Origin: Octopus bimaculoides
Lineage: Eukaryota
DNA: 57,565 nt
Assembly (NCBI RefSeq): GCF_001194135.2
Contig: NC_068987.1
Span: 94,205,929 to 94,263,493 of the forward strand
Direction of reading: 5' to 3'
The notes beneath the pieces are model-generated. The model worked only from the letters and a program-made list of their open reading frames with translations, had not been told where the DNA came from and did no database searches. Of this stretch, positions 52,302 to 57,565 are shown piece by piece (the first letter of the stretch is position 1; every line of letters begins with the position of its first letter). Both the position numbers and the translations under genes were made by a program.

Positions 52302-53128
52302 CTAAGTTTCCAAAATAAATTTTCTCTCATAAAGGCAATGGTTACAAATTTCATTTTTTTTTTTTTTTAATTCAAGAAGATGCATGGATCATGCAAATAT
52401 TTTGGATAATTGTTCTCTCGGCTAAGCAAAGTTTCCATTGTCTGCTTCGGTTAAGGTATGGCTCAGGTTGTTCTAGCAGCTTCCAATTAATCTTAACTGG
52501 CGTTCGCTCCAGTTTTGATTGCCACAAATATCTGGCAAATACAGTAATGTTGTGCTTCTCCAGAATCCAAAGAAAGATCTGTGGGTATTTATGCTGGCCT
52601 TAAATTGTCCCTCCGTTGCTCCAACATATTTCCGCTAGTGTGTCTTTTTATTGCTATTACGGTTGGACACTACTTCTGCTTTGTAGACCATAGCCTCCGT
52701 GTTACATCGATCATTTACGAAGCAATCACTGCTAACCTTATATCAGCATCGTGCCTCTGCACGGACTTTGGGGCCGTTCACTAATATCTTTTTTAGATAT
52801 ATGTTAGGCGTACAATAGAACGAGACCCTTAAGTTATTTTTATTGAATAGCCTTATCTATTAATCTAAGGAACACCCTTCCTACGCAGGTTTAGACGTTG
52901 AGCTTGAAGGGTGGGGCAGAAGATTTTACTGCGGTGTTTTCTTTCGTAGGTGCCAAGTCCCGGCATATAGGTGATGCGGTCCTGAAACCTGCCGGCTGCC
53001 AGATATTCCTTGTAAAGGATGGGAGAGGCCCGCTTTGTCAAAAACATCTTTATTCGATATGTCGAAGTCGTCTTACTGACATCCTTCACTAGCTTTTTAT
53101 ACAGGCGGGTTGCAGGAGGCTGTATTCG
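52302..53128 (-). mobile_element. Penelope-like element remnant (RT C-terminal region and GIY-YIG endonuclease)
   Basis: Frameshifted minus-strand pieces: ASCNPP..ISNKDVFDKA..RITYMP; GRVFLRLIDK; NKNNLRVS..CTPN; CFVNDRCNTEAMVYKAEV..KYVGATEGQFKASINTHRS; ARYLWQSK..KINWKLLE..PY..KLCLAERTII; NEICNHCLYERKFILET*. The order matches Penelope ORFs. The 5' end stops at a (CA)n tract. Confidence 0.82.
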
Positions 53129-53129
53129 T

Positions 53130-53176
<47 letters not shown>

Positions 53177-54562
53177 AGAAATTACATTAGTTCCTACTTC
53201 GTTACACCACTATTGTTACTTGGAACCCGGCACGGGACGTTCCACATACATTTGGATGCTTTAAACAGGACAGATCATCAAAGAACACTTTAATGCATTA
53301 AATTCTCTGTAACTCAGTGCAATAAAGTACCAGCTGAGTAAAGGAATCGATGGCGTAGTTTAACGCTTCCTCTCTAAATTTCAGGTCTCGTGCTTGTCTT
53401 AGAAACGTCTGTTACAATAAAAGCGATTGATCCAACAGAATATCTTCGTACTTACTTCTGACTCGCTACATACCGATAATCATCAGCATGGATTATTATC
53501 GCCTCTCATCATTTCAGGATCGAGAAACTAAATGTCAGTCAAATACTGTAAGCGATATAATCGGTTGACAGAATGAATGGGTTACTCCGACATAACCTGG
53601 CTGATGGGTTATCGCCCGTGTGGGCTGGGCTATCCCTATTTGAGCTTTTTTAAAAATCTTTTTATTTAAATTCCATAGTTTGAAAATAACTGTGATTATT
53701 TTGTTTCCATGGAGTTCTTTACTTTCTGTAATTATTTTATACAATTCCATTATTTAAAATCGTTTAACATACCTTCGCCTTGTCTCTTCATAGATTTCAT
53801 TTTTAATTTTTTGACCACAAAAGTTTGTATCGCTTTTCTATGAATGAACGCAGGTGGCAATACTAAAGAATTACACGTTTAATAATCTTGACTATTGAAC
53901 AAAATCGGAAGACAAAATAGAATTATTTAAGAGAAGGAAATATTACAAAATTATGGAAGTCGATACATGCCACAAAAATGAAATACGAACCTTAGAAATT
54001 TTACCGACCACTTTATTCCTATTGTTGTTACAAGGAGGGTGCAGGACAGAATGAAGAGGGATAAATTCTCTGAACGCTCTGTCCTCAAATCTCGCAAGAG
54101 TTGGACATTGTCATTTATCTTTCTGTTTCCAATAAACTCCGCAGTTGTGATGAATCAACACCACTCATTCACGCAACATCAAAAGATAAATAGACTTGTG
54201 TCAAACTTGGAAATAATTATAATCTTATATCTTAGTCACGAAGATATTATTGCTGTTCTCCTTAAAGACAATGACGAGTGGTTGAGATATGAGGCACGGG
54301 TGGTTAACAGTGTGGGTACGGGTATGGATGTAGAGGGCATCTCCGGGTAGCGAGGTCAATTATGATTTTGGATTAAGATGATTGATCTTGAGAAAGAAGG
54401 AGGAGTGTAGAAGGCGTTGTCGGTGGATGTCGTGGTTGCCATATTGGAGTTCCCCTTCCTTTGAATAAGATGGTTCGTTAAGCAGTTATCTTGATCAACG
54501 ACCAATCCTTCCACCATCAAACCACTAGCCATTGGTCATCCCAAATTTCTTTCATGACAATT

Positions 54563-54614
<52 letters not shown>

Positions 54615-55034
54615 TTTCTCTCTCTCTCATTCATTCAATCTCTCTTTACCAATTTTGTCTTTTGTACTTAATTCACACACACAATTCGTACGGGTGAGTG
54701 TATTCATATACACACATGCACATACCACACACACACACACACAGACAGACACACACACACACACACACACACGGACACACAAATACACACTAGTAGATAC
54801 GTACAGTTCCTAAAGGAAAGCGGAAGAATTACTTAATGTGTGTATATATGTTCATGTGTATGTATGTATGTATATGTGTATATATATATATATATNNNNN
54901 NNNNNNNNNNNNNNNNNNNNNNNNNNNNNNNNNNNNNNNNNNNNNNNNNNNNNNNNNNNNNNNNNNNNNNNNNNNNNNNNNNNNNNNNNNNNNNNNNNNN
55001 NNATATACATACAAACATATATACAGACACACAC

Positions 55035-55072
<38 letters not shown>

Positions 55073-55684
55073 GGTAATTATGATATGCATCACATCAAAG
55101 TTAAATGAAGAGTATCTATAAATAATTTATGAGAACCACTATTACAACGCAACTCTTACAATGACCAGATTGTAGAGAATGCTTTTAGAAATGATAGTCG
55201 CCACCTCATTGAAACATCTTGTTGGATTCCACTCAAAGCTACTCCTGCTGCTGCAGCAACTACTACTACTACTAGTCATTTACATACTGTTGATTAAGCA
55301 AGTCTTTGTCTGGTCACTGTCTCGCCTCTCCTTTCCTTCTTCTTCTTCTTCTTCTTCTTCGTCCGCCTCAGGCTTCCGATAGTAATCGGTCCCAGCCGCC
55401 GTCTTTCGCCATCTCTTCTTGTCTCTTGTCTCTAAAGCCGTGGCTGACAGTCTTTGGTCATTCTAGGTTGTCTCTCGTTGTCTTTGGAACGGAGAGATAG
55501 AACGCAGCCGCGCCTTCATACATACATACATACGCTAACACACACATACATACATACATACACACACAAACACACGTATACACACAAACACACATATACA
55601 CACGCAGACACACACGCACACATACACACATACATATACATATGGTGATTCTTCACTCTGTATGTATGTTGCGTTGTGCGTCTG

Positions 55685-55766
<82 letters not shown>

Positions 55767-55950
55767 AGGTTATCATTGAGATAACGTAATTGTACATGCA
55801 AATTTATGGTAATATTCTAATTAATCACTCGGGAATAACATACTGTTTGTGAACAGACCCGCATCGTCATGTTCTTATAAATAATTATTATTCTACGAGC
55901 CTTAGATTATCGTTAGGATTATTATTGTTGTTGTTGTTGTTGTTGTTATC

Positions 55951-55985
<35 letters not shown>

Positions 55986-56069
55986 ACTATATAGCGCGTA
56001 AACATGTCTTGAAGCAGCCACTCTATGCCTTGTTACATTTCTCTGATATAAGTTTGAAGTCTGTATAGT

Positions 56070-56125
<56 letters not shown>

Positions 56126-56569
56126 GCTGTTGTTGTTGTTGTTGTTGTTGTTGTTGTATGAATAAAGAGAACGAGAGTATAATTATTGCGCATAAATATA
56201 CGTGTGTGTGCGTGTTTGTCTGTATGCGTGTGTATGTTTGTGTAAAACCTTGTTCTTACGAATCAACTTACAACATATGCATGTATACATGCAATTCATA
56301 TATACATATATTTGTGTGTCGGTATTATTAAAACCTCGTTCTCTTTCTGCATATTACATACATATATGTGTGTACATATATGTATATACCCATATGCATG
56401 TATGTATGAATGTATTTATATTACCACCCCCACCCCATACCCCGTTCTCTTGTCCCATTAAGAAGGAAACATTTCAGTTAATTGTTATTTGATTCTGTTC
56501 TAAACTTGGTAGAATTACATCCCCATATGTTTAACGTAGTGATGATGGCAGACGTTGTACACGGAGTTG

Positions 56570-56720
56570 ATATAGTCGCTCTGAATTCACGTGTTTCTGC
56601 ATTTGATTCCAATGTGCGGCACCTTGGGCAAGTGCCGCAATCTGTTCTCAGTCGTGTATCGATCGATTTTAGTATTTGACAGAAACTATGTATGGAAAGA
56701 GTATAGAATCCCATGTGTTA
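56570..56720 (+). mobile_element. Degenerate CORE-type SINE
   Basis: tttgattccaatgtgcggcaccttgggcaagtg retains the B-box remnant and CORE motif. Confidence 0.55.
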
Positions 56721-57094
56721 GACTATTTAAGTCACTCCACTACCACCCCACTCTGGAAATTAGTGATCTACAATTGTGTCTACTTTGAGACAGTTAATAC
56801 AAATCTTTATTGCGCAGTTTCTGAAGATAACTCGATAACTTGAGACGCTACCCTAAATTCAAACAAGCTTCGATCTGTGTTTTCCCTTTCCATTTATTTT
56901 CATTAGTTTCTTTAACCCTGCAAAATACCACGGCCGCTTTGTTTTTCCTTGTGAGATGTGCAAAAGCGCTTCCAATCTTGAGAATATGAAAGAGGATATT
57001 GGTGTTTTAATTGCACACGCAAGTTTTCTCCATGTCGCCGAAAATTTCTGGCCTTGTGCCAAGATGTGAAATCATCATTATTATTGTTATTGCG

Positions 57095-57419
57095 TGAGAG
57101 AGCAGCTCGTGCCATCAAATATACGAAACCCAATATACCCATTATGACTATCTGTAGTCCATCCCGCTCAAAAGGTCCCTGAATAGGGGTTGTTTAAGGA
57201 TGTTGAATGAAACTGCCATCTGAGATGCACACATCTTCAGCCTCTAGGGACATGTTCACCTTGTTAAGGTCAAACAACTGACAAGCACATCTGTGGTATT
57301 GAGCAGAATATTTGTTGTAACCCATCTTTTATACCAAAACAAAACGATGTACAAGACGACACTTCCAATCAGTTAAGATCAGAAACCACGAGAACCGCTG
57401 CCTGATACTGCATCAGGGC

Positions 57420-57420
<1 letters not shown>
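57095..57420. repeat. Probable interspersed repeat bounded by (TTA)n on both sides
   Basis: The segment lies between cattattattgttatt (about 57075-57092) and the (TTA)n tract at 57421-57482. It resembles an octopus repeat I recall, but there is no second copy in the window. Confidence 0.35.
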
Positions 57421-57482
<62 letters not shown>

Positions 57483-57565
57483 GTTTTTTTTTTCTTTCTT
57501 CAAATTTTTTCCCATTTCTCGCCGAGTGTTTTCGGTACACCTAGGACAGAGAAACGTTGTATGCA

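Noticed and set aside
55290-55460. Minus-strand frame NDQRLSATALETRDKKRWRK..EEEEEEEGKERR
   Set aside because: About 50 codons built around a (GAA)n repeat, with a poor acceptor and no start codon.
57180-57420. Possible snRNA or snoRNA gene on the minus strand
   Set aside because: No match to U1, U2, U4 or U5 5' sequences as I recall them, and no convincing box motifs.

Overview
Animal genomic scaffold, AT-rich and dense in microsatellites, with many N gaps that almost all sit next to simple repeats. The SINE/LINE complement resembles octopus (coleoid cephalopod) DNA; this assignment is inferred from recalled repeat families, not a search. I find no confidently identifiable host gene, rRNA, true tRNA gene or CRISPR array. 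The recognisable content is transposable-element debris: three R4/Dong-type restriction-like-endonuclease LINE pieces associated with (TAA)n (one with an uninterrupted RT frame, one lacking the RT core and zinc knuckle), an RTE 3' fragment, an L1/Tx1 ORF2 fragment, an L1/Tx1-like element that keeps a 456-aa ORF1 but only the extreme C-terminus of ORF2 (HAL1-like), a Penelope GIY-YIG fragment, two mariner remnants (one DD37D) and several tRNA-derived SINEs (one with a 14-bp TSD). Structure not explained by these includes a ~400-bp near-perfect palindrome, a duplicated GC-rich 29-mer with CTCF-like cores and a few weak exon candidates. Most ORFs in the supplied track are microsatellite or gap artefacts. 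I did not find a clearly novel biological system; the ORF1-only element and the Dong-in-Dong arrangement are the best leads.
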